From Elsinoe ampelina (lineage: Eukaryota), in the NCBI GenBank assembly GCA_010093995.1, contig ML992502.1, positions 2,021,925 to 2,085,924 of the forward strand: a stretch of 64,000 nucleotides of DNA, given 5' to 3'. Shown here in pieces: positions 46,946 through 59,600 of this stretch (position 1 is the first letter of the stretch; each line of letters starts with the position of its first letter). A model generated the notes under the pieces. That model was not told the origin of the DNA and did no database searches. It saw only the letters and a program-made list of their open reading frames with translations. Position numbers and translations under genes: made by a program.

Positions 46946-49851
46946 ATGGCGAAGGAGGACAAGGCCGCGGAGTCGAGCAAGAGCAAAGGAAAGGAGCCAG
47001 TGAAGGATGATGTAGATGGAGCGAACGGAGTTGAAAAGGGCACAGATGGAAAGGACAAGAAGGACGATCTCCAGCTCGCACCAGGTCGGTCATGCGACTA
47101 CAATCCTGTGCATCGAAATGCTGATTGGCAACAGAGGAGCTCAATGAAGAGGACCAAAAACTCAAAGATGAGCTTGACATGTTAGTGGAGAGGATACTGG
47201 CATGCATTTCCACCACCCCATGGGCGCTTTCAGCTAACATCTGACAGGAGTCCGACTCCACCTTGTACCAAGCCGCTCTCGAAGCCATCAAAGATTCAAT
47301 CAAGACTTCGACGTCATCCATGACCGCAGTACCGAAGCCGCTAAAGTTCCTGCGACCACACTATGAGAAGCTTGAGCAGGCATACCAGTCGTGGCCGGAG
47401 GGTGCGAACAAGGTTGGTCACAAGTAGGACAAAGGCGCCGAATATCACTGACCGGTTTAGACATCGCTTGCCGACACTCTCTCTGTCCTGGGAATGACCT
47501 ACTCGGACGAGGACCGCCTTGACACACTCAAATACCGCCTATTGGCGCCATCAAAAGATCTGGGTTCTTGGGGTCACGAATACATGCGGCATTTGGCGCT
47601 TGAGATCGGCTATGACTATCAGAAGAGGCTGAATGAGGACAAGGATGCTGATGAGCTGACACAGCTTGCTTTGACTCTCGTCCCCTTCTTCTTGAAGCAC
47701 AACGCCGAAGCCGACGCAGTGGACATTCTGAGCGAGCTGGAGATGATAGAGCAGGTCGGAGAACATGTCGACAAGGACACATATGCCCGAGTTTGCCTAT
47801 ACATGGTCTCCATGGTACCTCTTCTCACATATCCGGACAACGATCGCTTCCTGCGAACGGCACACGACATCTACAAGAAGTACGATCAATTAACGCAAGC
47901 TTTGACACTTGCCATACGACTCAACGACATGGACCTCATCAAGGCAGATTTCGCGTCGACCAAGGACAAGTCTCTAAGGAGGCAGCTCGCATTCATCATC
48001 TCACGGCAAAGGCTAAATATCGAATTGGAGGACTCTGAGAAGGAGGAAGATCCAGAACTGGAGGATTGCCTGAACAATGTCAAGCTGCCTGAGCATTTCC
48101 ACGCTCTTGCAAAAGAGCTCAACATCCTCGAGCCCAAGGTACCTGAAGACATCTACAAATCACATCTCGAATCCAGCCGGACAGCAGGTCTGACAAACAC
48201 CGACTCTGCTAGACACAACCTTGCAAGTGCATTTGTGAATGCATTTGTCAACGCAGGATTCGGTGACGACAAATTGATGTTGCAACAAGAAGGTGGAAGT
48301 AAGCAGAGCTGGATCTGGAAGACAAAGGACGAGGGCATGCTTTCGACCACCGCTTCACTAGGTACACTCATGCTGTGGGACGTTGAGACGGCTTTGGACA
48401 AGATCGACCCTTACACTGGCGTCAATGAAGACCAGATCAAGGCTGGTGCTTTCCTCGCCTACGGTATTGTCAATTCGGGAGTCAAGCTAGAGGCAGATCC
48501 AGTGATCGCACTTCTCGGTGAAGAGCTGGACCCGAGCAAGCCCAAAGCTGTCAAGGTGTCTGCTTTGATGGGTCTTGGTATGGCATATGCCGGCTCGGCG
48601 AGAGAAGAATTCTTAGAGCTCCTCATCCCCATGATCGGCGATACTAGTCTGGAGATGCAGCTTTCGGCTGTTGCTGCGCTGTCTTTGGGCTTGATATTTG
48701 TCGGTACTGGCAACTCGGACGTCAGCGAGGCTATTATCCAGACTTTCCTAGACGAGGATCGCAACAAGCAGCTCAAGGACAAGTGGACGCGCTTTATGGC
48801 ACTTGCCCTGGCCCTACTATTCTTCGGCCAGCAGGAAGAGGTTGATGTCATTCTGGAAACTCTCAAGGCTATTGAGCACCCCATGTCTGCTCCCACCTCG
48901 GTCCTGGCCGATGTGTGCGCGTGGGCTGGTACTGGTGCAGTGCTGAAGTTACAGTCGCTGCTTCACATCTGCAACGAGCCTATCGAGGAAGCCGACGAAG
49001 ACAAGAAGGGCGACGAGCTGCTGCAGACTTACGCTGTGCTCGGTCTTTCCCTTGTCGCCATGGGCGAGGAGGTCGGCCAAGAGATGGTTCTCCGCCAGTT
49101 TGGTCACCTCATGCACTACGGTGGCCCGAACATCCGGAAAGCTGTACCACTCGCAATGGGTCTAATCTCGCCCTCGAATCCACAGATGAAGGTCTACGAC
49201 ACGCTGAGCAGATACTCCCACGATAACGACAATGACGTCGCTATCAACTCCATCTTCGCTATGGGTATGCTTGGAGCAGGCACAAACAATGCTCGTATCG
49301 CACAATTACTCCGCCAACTTGCTTCGTACTACCACAGGGACCCGAATGCCCTTTTCATGGTACGGATAGCACAAGGTCTCTTACACATGGGTAAGGGAAC
49401 TTTGTCCCTCTCTCCATTCCACACCGACCGCAGCGTCCTCTCCAAGGTTGCCACTGCTGGTCTTCTCACAACAATGATGGCATTGACTGACGTCAAGTCG
49501 TTCATCTGCGCCGACTCGCATTACCTCCTCTACTACCTCGTCACCGCCATGCACCCACGATTCCTGGTCACTTTGGACGAAGACCTCAAGCCGTTGACCG
49601 TCAACGTGCGCGTAGGTCAGGCAGTCGATGTAGTCGGACAGGCCGGTCGACCAAAGACAATCACAGGGTGGCAGACACAGAGCACGCCAGTACTACTAAG
49701 TTATGGAGAGAGGGCGGAGCTAGAGGATGAGGAGTATATCAGCTTGACCAACACACTGGAGGGTCTGGTCATCCTGAAGAAGGTAAGTTCCCCTTCTACT
49801 ACCGGTCTAGTCCTTGCTAACATTATCCAGAACCCGGAATGGGAATCATAA
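46946..49851 (+). CDS. RPN1: 26S proteasome regulatory subunit Rpn1; 5 exons
   Basis: [29 protein letters not shown] and [21 protein letters not shown]; introns 47084-47133, 47200-47247 (GC-AG), 47413-47460, 49783-49830. Confidence 0.96.
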
Positions 49852-49953
49852 TGCATCAAGGAAAGGCACACATCCATGTAGAATAGCATGAGGAATAGAA
49901 GCATGTCTATGAAGTCTACCGCTACGTTACTGTCGTGATATCTACACGGGCAC

Positions 49954-50967
49954 TCAGCCCTCCAAGACAAATTGCAGAAACGCCTTCGAAGCCACAATGC
50001 CATCATGCTTATTGCCGACCCGGGACATGGCATCGTTGTAGATGTCATCCTTGAGCACCCCGAGATCATGCCGTACGTCCAAGATCGCAGATGTGATGAA
50101 GTTGTTGAACTCGGGATGTCCCTGCACCGTGATCGCTTTGCCCTTCATGTACCATCCCTGCGTCGAGCATTTGGGTGAATGCGCCAATGGCTCGACCCCC
50201 TCAGGGTACTCGTACACGATGTCCTGGTGCATCTGGTGGATGTACTGTATAATGTCAGCCTTCTGCCTTGTCCATCCGCGCGCATCTCTCTCTTCCCAGC
50301 CAACCCATCCCGACTCAGCCCTTCTTCTGTGCCCTTCCCTCCTCTTCAATCCCCTCGACTGACCAGAAACGACGGTATAGTAGGAAAGGGACTCACCATC
50401 TCCCCCCTCCCCAGCCCAAAAACCTCCTCCCCTTTCTTCGTAAGCTGCATAGGCGTCACACTAACCTCCCACCCCTTATCGCTCCTCGCCACCTTCGCCC
50501 CCATCGCGCGACCTATAATCTGATGCCCAAAACATATCCCGATCAACTTAACGCGGGACTGCTCATACAGAATCTTCATAGTGAAGTCCACAAGGCGCAA
50601 GATCCACGGATCAGAGTCGAACGAATTATGCTCTGCCACAGTCAACACCTATCACCCACCACCAAGCCCCCAAACCCAACACCAAGTGTTACTGCCGGTG
50701 CGGCTGTGTGGGAAAGAAAAAAAAAGACTCACTACTCCCCGTCAACAGCACAGCGTCCACGGACTCGAGATCCGGGTATTCCTCTTTGCCCACGACGTCC
50801 CATTTCGTGATCTCCAAGTGTACTTCTTTGCCCGTCTCTTGCTTGAGGAGGTCCGCGCCCGAGGTGAGCATGGTTTCGAAGATGGCGCCGTAGGGGCCGA
50901 GTCGGGCTGCGACGGCGGGGACGGGGGTGTCGCATTCTAGGACGGCGATGCGGAGGGGGGTGGCCAT
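49954..50967 (-). CDS. Class I glutamine amidotransferase-like protein; 3 exons
   Basis: LRIAVLECDTP, LLTGSK, GICFGHQ (catalytic Cys), HQD and QGHPEF (His-Glu); introns 50633-50732 and 50245-50396. Confidence 0.9.
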
Positions 50968-51257
50968 TTTCGGGGTGGGGGAAGAGGGTGAGGATGGGTG
51001 GTGAGGAGGTGGAGTGTAGATGTGGGAGTGGTGGTGGAGGGGCAGAGGTGGGTGGTGGGGTGTGGGGATATCTCGGGGATATGTCGATGTGGTGAACCCT
51101 GGAAGATTAGTTGAGGAGGACGATGTTGCATTGATATTCGAGTGGTTCATCATGTTTTCATTCAAAGCCTGTAAAAGACTCGGGTATCTTGGTCTAAATG
51201 TACATCTCCCTTGATGGTTGCTGACCCACAACCGACCTGAGCCTGGCCATGCCCTGT

Positions 51258-52319
51258 TTATAAGAAGTAGTCCCTGATCGGATCATTGCCCGCATGCTGT
51301 TGTTGCTGCTGGGCTTCCAATCGATGCTCATCGTTCTCCGGCGCTGCGTCAAAGACATTCCATAATCGTTCTCCACCAGGACCGACTTCTAACACGCTCG
51401 CTTTGTTGCCACATCTGTAGCAGTAGTTTGGTGCGCTCCACACTGTACTCAGCCGGTCTTCGAACATGACCATGTACCCTTCATTGCAGAGCTGATGAGC
51501 GCGGAGGATGTGGTTCATGCTGTTGACCTCTAGAAACTTTTTGACCACCTGGGCGCCGAATGTGTATCCTGCTCCTCTGGGCGAGAGCGAGAACTCGTCG
51601 CGGTCTGCATCTGGATCGCTCCACACCAGATCCGCCATGGGTCCTTCATGGGGTATCTCTCTGAAGCGATCGATGATCTTGATCTGGTCTATGCTGTGGA
51701 TGCTGGGACTGAGACCGCCGTGCACGCAGAAGATCTTGTCGTCAATGACACAGGACAGCGATAGATAGTCGAACATGTCCGTGAAGTAATGCCATACTGC
51801 TGCATTGCCGTATTTGCGACTGCACTCGGTGTAGAAGCCGTATGACTGTGTGACGCCTCGAGATTCATGATTGCCCCTGATCAGATGGACCCGTTGAGGA
51901 TATCGTAGTTTCAGGCAGACCAGCAGTGAGATTGTCTCGACAGAGAAGAGGCCCCGGTCGACGTAATCACCTGTGGCGAGTTAAATCTCCATCTGTATAG
52001 AGGTCGTATATGCAAGCTTACCGAGAAAGAGGTAGTTGGTATCTGGACAGAAACCTCCTATCTTGAATATCTCAATCATATCAAAGAATTGGCCGTGTAT
52101 GTCCCCAACCACAGTGACAGGCGCCTGGACGTGTACCACATTGCTCTCCTTCATGAGAAGCTCCTTCGTCTTTGCGCATATTGCCTCTATGACCGAGTCT
52201 GCCAGCAGCTCTTTCTTGTAAAGTCGGGCGATGCATTCATCGAGATCGATGCTGCCTGCACTTGTGTCAGTCTGAGGCCTCTACTCAATCCTGTAGCGCG
52301 TACTCGGCAGTCCAGGCAT
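51258..52319 (-). CDS. PPG1: PP2A-like Ser/Thr phosphatase catalytic subunit (Ppg1 type); 3 exons
   Basis: MPGLP micro-exon; IDLDECIARLYKKELLA, GDIHGQF, GDYVDRG, RGNHE and SAPNYCY; C-terminal DYFL. Confidence 0.9.
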
Positions 52320-52962
52320 ACTCGGCTATATGCAGGCCTCAGAGCCTTCTCCTTGGAGTTGGAAAGAGGTGTTCGTCAAACAAAGGTGAAGTTCGGGATA
52401 GCTGTGCGACATTCATGCTTGCCCTGAGACTCCATAGAGCTCCTATTCACGCCATGCCAAATGCAGTGTGATGAGCGTCCTTGAAAGTGACGAAATGTCG
52501 TCCGAGGCCTGGCGTCTCCAAGCTGCCCGCTGGTATGCGGCGTGCTGGTCTCTGATTGGCTCGGAACCAGTCCGAGCGCCACCAATTACTTTTCAACACC
52601 AAAGTCGCACACGAAAGACGTGCCAGAATTCTCCTTCAACATTTCATCTCCCTACATGGCATTAGGAAACGACAGGCATCAAGGTGTTGTAGGCAAATTG
52701 CCAACACATCGGTAGCTGCTCTCCTTTACATTCTCGACCTTCCCTTTGCTACCTCATTGCCTTTAATCCTTCTTACGCCTAACAGGCAACGTTACACAGT
52801 CACTCCAAAAGAAATCATCACGAACCTATCAGGACTCTCGACACTGCTGCTCTGCTACTAATTGGCTGGCTGCTGCTCGCTATCGCTTTTTCTGTCTTTC
52901 TTTCTTCAATGTGCTCAAACCTTTGAGGTCCTCTTCTTACGGAAATATTAGACAGGTCCATC

Positions 52963-54893
52963 ATGCTCCCCTTCAACGGCCATGCTGCGCAGGGTCAGCA
53001 ATACGCCCAACAACCTCCTCTTAAGAAGCACAAGACAGGCGGTGGAGCTGTCGTCACCCACTATCCACCACCGCCGGGATATGTTCCGCCACCCAACGCC
53101 CAAATTCATCCCACGGCATGGCAGACGGCACAGCAAATGTACACCCCAGCCCAACAAGCGTGGATGCAACAGTACTATCAGCAGTATGCACAGGCTTACC
53201 AGGCATATCCGCAAGCAAATGCCTGGCCTCAGCAGTACGGTTATGTCCAGCCTCAGTTTCAAGCACAACCATTCCCGCAGCAGCAATATCATGTTCCGGC
53301 CCTTCAAGGCTATCAGGGACAACCTACTCCTGATCAGCAGTGGCATAGTCAAAGTCCCCACAATGGACCTGCTGCAGCTTCTCCTCAAAATTCTTTGCAG
53401 AATATGAGTCAAGGCTTCGCAAAGCCGGGTCCACCCGCTTCAGCAACGCAAAGTCAGCCTGGACAGCTGTCCCGTGCCATGTCGGCCACATCATCCACTG
53501 CAGACAACACCGACGTCAACCCTGAGTATAAGCTGGCACATCCATTCGATGAAGAAGATTATTGCAGAGAATCATCATTTGCCAAAGATGGCGAGTCCGT
53601 TGATTCAAGATTTAGCTTGGGAAGCATTCGTAAATGGCATGCTTGTTGCTCGTTATACCTCTGCTAATTCTTCTCAGTCCATGTATCGGCTCATGCCGTG
53701 CAAACTGTCTTACCTGCAACTTTTCAAGAAGCCGAGCTCGAACTCCTTGCACCCAAAACTCGTGACCACGAGGATGAGTCCATATCTCAGTACTTTGTGA
53801 ATCACAAGCTTTCAGAAGTGGAGTTGAGCGTTCGCCAGATCGAGGAGGAGTGGGGCATTGTCAAAGATGACATGATTTTTCGCGAATTTCCACACAGCAA
53901 TATCGCGAAGTACGTCACCGTATCAGAAGTCAAGGCGAATCGCGACCGACCGGATCCGCACCCAGAAATACGGTATCCACCTCCAGATGAGCCTGAACCA
54001 GCAAGGCCCCCTACGCCGGAGGTGAAGGAGGAGGTCATTCAAGAAGTCCAGCAAGCCCCGGAGGATGAAGAGAGCAGCGGCGAGGAGGATGCAGCCATGG
54101 ATCTCAGCTCTGACAATGAAGACGAGCCTGGGGTACAGCCTGAAGTGAAGCTTGAGGTGGAGGCTGAGCCTGAGGAAAAGACGAACGTTCAGCAGGCCCA
54201 AACTTCACCAACAGCTGATGAGCAGAGAGTCTTGGCATCCATCAAACAAGAACTCCAGCAGCATGACAGGCAACACGGTTACGGACAAGACCAGGAGGGC
54301 AGTCGAAGGACATCTTTTGGTGCATCTGGAAGCCCCATGTCGAATCCACATTCGCATAATGGCACACCACCAATGCACCAGGAGCAGTTTCAGAGATCAA
54401 GTCCTCGCCGCAACGGGCCAGGGAATTATCGTGGACAGAATCATCAGGGACAGCCCCATCGCAGATTCGATGACCGCCGAAGGTCGACTGGCCCTTCGAT
54501 GCAGTATGGACCTCATAACGTTCCCCCTCCTCCCGAGGCCGTCGACTACGAAAACCCATGGAGAGGCCCAGACATGATGTTTGAACGTAGGGGCTCCACC
54601 GGATCCGACACAAGCCAGCGTACTATCCCAGGTGGAGATTTTGAGAATGGTGATCGCGACAGGACACCGCAGCACAGACCACAGAGCAGACCGCAGCAAG
54701 ACCAGAACGGCAGTGGCAAGAAGCGTGGCTTCGATGAAATGGACCGCTCGAATCGCAACAGAGGCAGTCGCCAGCAAGATCAGCACGAGCCGCGTCGTCA
54801 CCGATACAGGCCCAAGGTATCGGAAGCTTACAGGTACTGTCATCACTTCCTTGAGACTCGAGCAAAACTAATACTTTCAGCCGCCGCTGGTGA
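52963..54893 (+). CDS. Uncharacterised, largely disordered Gln/Pro/Tyr- and Arg-rich protein; 3 exons
   Basis: Introns 53630-53677 and 54834-54880 join two long ORFs in frame and give the C-terminus PKVSEAYSRRW*. Confidence 0.75.
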
Positions 54894-57125
54894 TGTTCCT
54901 GTAAAGCTTCCAAAGTCACGAAGCCGTGGGTGGCCTTTTCTGTCTCCTCTGCGAACACTTGAGTTCAGCACTACACTTCTCCTATTGTACAACGAATTTC
55001 CTTTGTTCCATTGATCAATCATTGATCATCACGCTGCGAGCCTGGCAGGTCAAGCTGGGAGCAAAAAAAGTGGCAATGCATAGCGAGGAAGGAAGGACAT
55101 GTCCGGATGGGCATTTAAGGGAGTCATGGTCTGACCCTTTCCTTCATCTGCTTCTCTACCTTTTCGGTCCCACAGTTTAACAAGACATTATCGTGATATT
55201 CGTGCCTGCCTTTCTCTTACTTATTACCATGTTATCTCTACCTGTCGTGATTGATGGTTCGTAAGCCACAATCGCGATACAAGTTGTCCATGACTGATCT
55301 TCTTTGTGCCATGTATTACACCCACACCACAGCGGCTCCAGGCGTTCCTCTGATCTTCCAAGCACGTGCGGCTCTTGTGATTCGTCCTACGCCCTACTCT
55401 GCGCGACAAGCTTGTGGGGCCAAGGCGTCTTGCAACTCCTGCCACAAGACAACCACATTCGCCTGAAAGCTCGATCTTGCCTACTTAAGCACGTGCACGA
55501 ATGCGGACTTTTGCGGACCTTACATGTCTGAAAATGTCTTGCTTGGTTCAATTGACAGACACATGACAGCTGAGACGACCTGAAGACATACACTTTTTTT
55601 TAGTATGCCCTGGAATAGAGCTACTGACGCAACGCTGCATGAACAGCAGCTGCCGACTCGATGAACCAACGATCTTGTTTGAATGAACTCGAAGTTTAGC
55701 TTCTTCGCGGGAGGTAGGTATGCGGACCTTGACCATGTCCGGAGTGTCATCTGCGAACATGGGTAGCTCTTAGCATCATGAGCGAGCAGTTTGATGTAAT
55801 GACGATGATCAAGCTAAATCGGCGCATCGACATTGTGATGCGATGGTCATTCAGCACATTTCAATAACGATGACTTGTGATGTGCATATACATTGGGAAA
55901 GGTACTGGCAAACGCCGCAATGGATATCCACAAGATGGTGTTCTCAATATGAGAGATGGACACAGTCGCAAATGCAGCATGACGGAGTCCTTCCCCTCTC
56001 GTTTCCAGTGAAGTTGCAGCCAGCAAATCCTGGCCAAGTCTGGGCTAGCTGGTAGTTCGGTAGCGGGATCGTCAGCCAATGTATTCGATTGCCCAGCATG
56101 GCAGATGAAGCATGTGGTGTGGTCCGCGGTTGCTAATCGGACATTTTCTCACGAATCGATCTGCCATGCACTTTGCGTAGGAACCAAGCAAGTAGAAGTC
56201 GCTGCACTTTTTTGTCACGCACCTCAGTTCACGAACCCTGCGCCAGATGCGACTGGATGCCGGCCAGACTGCTGGCTGGCATCAAGGGATCGTCGATAAG
56301 GGACTGGTTTGATGGTGGCTTGTAAATCGGAGGAGCGAAGACGTGGTTTGTGTTGTTCAAAGGCACTACTCCATTGGTTCGCCGGCTTGCAGAACACTAC
56401 TGCACTCTTCGCAGGATACAATCTCCTCTTCCATGCCTCGCAGGTGTCGAATAAACAGAAGAATCACCGCGTCTGGCACTCCGGACAGGTTCCCCTCGCG
56501 AGGACCTTCCGTGCACACCCTGTCGATCGGGGGGGGGGGAGCAAAGCAGCCGCACTAGGGCGCTCTTCTGGTTCACACGCTTGAACGCCTGGGGTTAGTC
56601 TCAATCCTTAGTGTTTGGCTACGCGGGGAAGATCTGCAGTAGCGCTGCATTAGCCCTGGTTTAGCAGCTTGTCAGTCGCAGCCGTTATCCGTGCTCCGCT
56701 GTGCTTTGCGGTGCTTTCCAATTGCACCTCCAATCCACGCCATGATAGCCCGTCTTTGTTGAGAGGACGTCTTCTTGTCCTCCTCACTGTTTCTCACACG
56801 ACCACTCGACCTGTTGTGTGACCTGGATACTCTCCAATTCTTCGAGTCGATCGTTCTCACACGCTTTTCGTATCTGCTTCTCGCGTCCTGCCCTTCCATA
56901 ACCGCCGCCACGATTATAGCATGGCTGGTCAGTAACGTCTGGCTGTTTGAACATTTCCCTACCCGCATCGCGTGCCACGACCTGACGACGGCATACGATA
57001 CCTGGACGAGATACGAATACAGAGATCAATCCATTGCTCACGACAGTCTGTTTCCCCAAACTCAATTGCTGGTGCTCAACTCGAATTCATCGAGTCTCGA
57101 CTCCGCCAGCGCTTAACGATCAACC

Positions 57126-59600
57126 ATGAGCACCATCATGGCTACGGTCGTGACCCGGCCAGCTGCTCTCACAAAGTCGACCTCATCACCCTCAACTTCA
57201 CTATCACTCAATACCTCAATCCGCGGCACTCCGGCTGCTGTTCCCAACAAACATCTCCCCACTTGCTCACCCGGACCCCGCCCCGCTGGTCACCGGCTGT
57301 CCTCTCCAGCGACACCCACTTCACCAGCACCCGTTCTCGAAACATCTTCGCTTCTGTATCCGCCAGAGAAATACTCTAAGCTTTCTTCACGACCTATTGT
57401 ATATTCACTCGATTCCGCCCAGCTCCACCATGCTCTCGACCATGCAGCCTCGCAACCCCTCCCAGATCCCAAGCTCGTCTTTCCATGGCTACACGGTCTC
57501 CACCCCGATAACTCCCTCCAACTCGCCTTCTTCATCGCCCGCAAAAAAGCCCTCCGTCGTATCCCCCGCTGCATCCGCTCAGTCACAATCGTCAAAGCTG
57601 GCGGCGACCTGAGCTGCTCAAAGATAAGAGGGGCAATCACTCCGGAAGAGCTACTGCTATCGGGAAGAATGAGCGAGGAAACCCCACAATTCATAGATGC
57701 GGATCCGAGAGATGGCTTCAGCGTTAGGAACTTCCAGATCCAGGCTGCGAAGTTGGCTACTGTCAGTGATATCGTGGTGTACGGGGATGATAATACGAGC
57801 AAAGAAGAGGTGAGGAGGTTGGCGGAGAGGATAAGCCGGGCACAGAAGGCTTGGAGGGAGAAGGATAGAGAGCAGGGAGTGGAGAGGCCGGTGTTCAGCA
57901 CATTTGTCATGACAGGTGGGTATCTTCAAAATGGACAGGAGGGACGTAGGCTGACTTGACCAGATTCATTCGCAAAGCTGGAGCAAGATCATAATGAGAT
58001 TGTGGCCATTGGGAGCAATAATTGCTTGACGGGCAATGTCATTGATTTCTGTAAGTTTGACTGGACATCAGCTCAAGATTCATGCTGATCACACTCCAGT
58101 CCACCAAGAAAGAATTGAGATGTCGACCATGTCAGCGGCATCAGAGATCGCACACAATGTCTGGTTGGGCCCAACGCCAGATACAGAACTGAACGAAACA
58201 GCGACTTCGGCAGCCGAGGATGACACTGCACTTCCTTACGACATTATGATTGAATGCAATGAGATTGCTCAGGTACCCAACCGAAACGCTTTCAAAGTGC
58301 TTGAAAGCCTTCTGGCTTGCCCTGATCAGACAAGATCAGCCATCCCTCAGCTAGAGTTCCCAGGCTCTGGATCTATCATGCCGCCTACTTGGTCCCAACT
58401 AGAAGCCGATGGACTCATGTCGACCATCAGCTGGATCTACTCGCAAGCGAACACACCTTGTGCCGATACCGTTTCCGGTGCCGAAAGAGATTCTGAGATG
58501 CGCAAGCGAAAAGACTCCAAGGTTTCCTTCACGCCACCTCTTGACTCGGATGGCGACAGCATCATGCTCGCCCCAGAAACGTCATCAGGCCGGAAATTTC
58601 TGCTTCACTGCTCAGATGGCTACACCGAAACCACACTCCTGGCCGTCGCATACTACATGTACTCTCACTGCGTCCCTCTCCACCAAGCTTACATCGAGCT
58701 CCACAAGATCTACAAGCGTAACTTCTTCGCCTACCCGACCGACATTGCTCTCTTGACCGCTATTCAGCCACGCATCCTCTCTTCCTCACCGCTTGCGAAG
58801 AACGGTCTGTGCCTCGAACGTCTCGCCCCACAAACACCAAAATGGATGGACAAAGTCGACGGATCTCTTCCTAGCAGAGTGACCGACTACATGTACCTAG
58901 GCAACCTTAATCACGCCAACAACCCCGGTCTACTCCGCGAGCTCGGTATCGGACAAGTACTGAGCGTAGGTGAATCCCTTGACTGGAACGAGAGAGATAC
59001 CCAGGCGTTCTGCAACGGTGAGGAGTTCGAATGGGATAGAGAAAGCAAGGCCGGCCGGTGGATGTTTGTCGGTGGGGTGCAAGACAATGGCGTCGATCCT
59101 TTGACTGAGGAGTTTGCGAAGTGTCTCGAGTTCATTCGTACGTCCCCCCCTTTCTTGATCTGAAGGGACAATACTGACCATATCCAGGCAAAGGCCGAGA
59201 CCGAGGCGTTGCTACCCTTGTCCACTGCCGCGTCGGTGTCAGCAGGTCAGCGACCATCTGCATCGCTGAAGTGATGAACGAATACGGATTGTCGTTTCCG
59301 CGAGCATAGTACGTCACTCTCCCTATCTCCCTTTCCCCATCCCCCCCCCCTCCCCTACTCTTCCATTTCCCTCCTCCCAATCCCCTCAATGTGATTGATC
59401 TGCTAACACCCCAAAGCTGCTTCGTCCGCGCCCGCCGCCTCAACGTAATCATCCAGCCCCATCTCCGCTTCAGCTACGAGCTGCTCAAGTACGAAGAGCA
59501 CCAGGCTGTCAAGCGGGGCAGGACGTTCAGGAGGGAACTTGAATGGGCTACTATCGCGAGGGAGATTGCGGCTATGAATAGGCCTTATTCGAGGCAGTAG
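57126..59600 (+). CDS. PPS1: Dual-specificity protein phosphatase Pps1; 5 exons
   Basis: VFPWLHGLHP, FSVRNFQIQ, HCSDGYTET, GSLPSR and catalytic VHCRVGVSRSA; introns 57916-57963, 58051-58099, 59138-59187, 59309-59416. Confidence 0.92.

Noticed and set aside
54900..57125. 2.2-kb region upstream of PPS1 with many short ORFs and a G11 run
   Set aside because: No coherent coding, repeat or RNA-structure signal; most simply a 3' UTR plus a long promoter/leader.
59307..59309. Apparent premature TAG in PPS1
   Set aside because: It is TA|GTACGT, an intron donor; splicing 59309-59416 restores AYCFVRARRLN.
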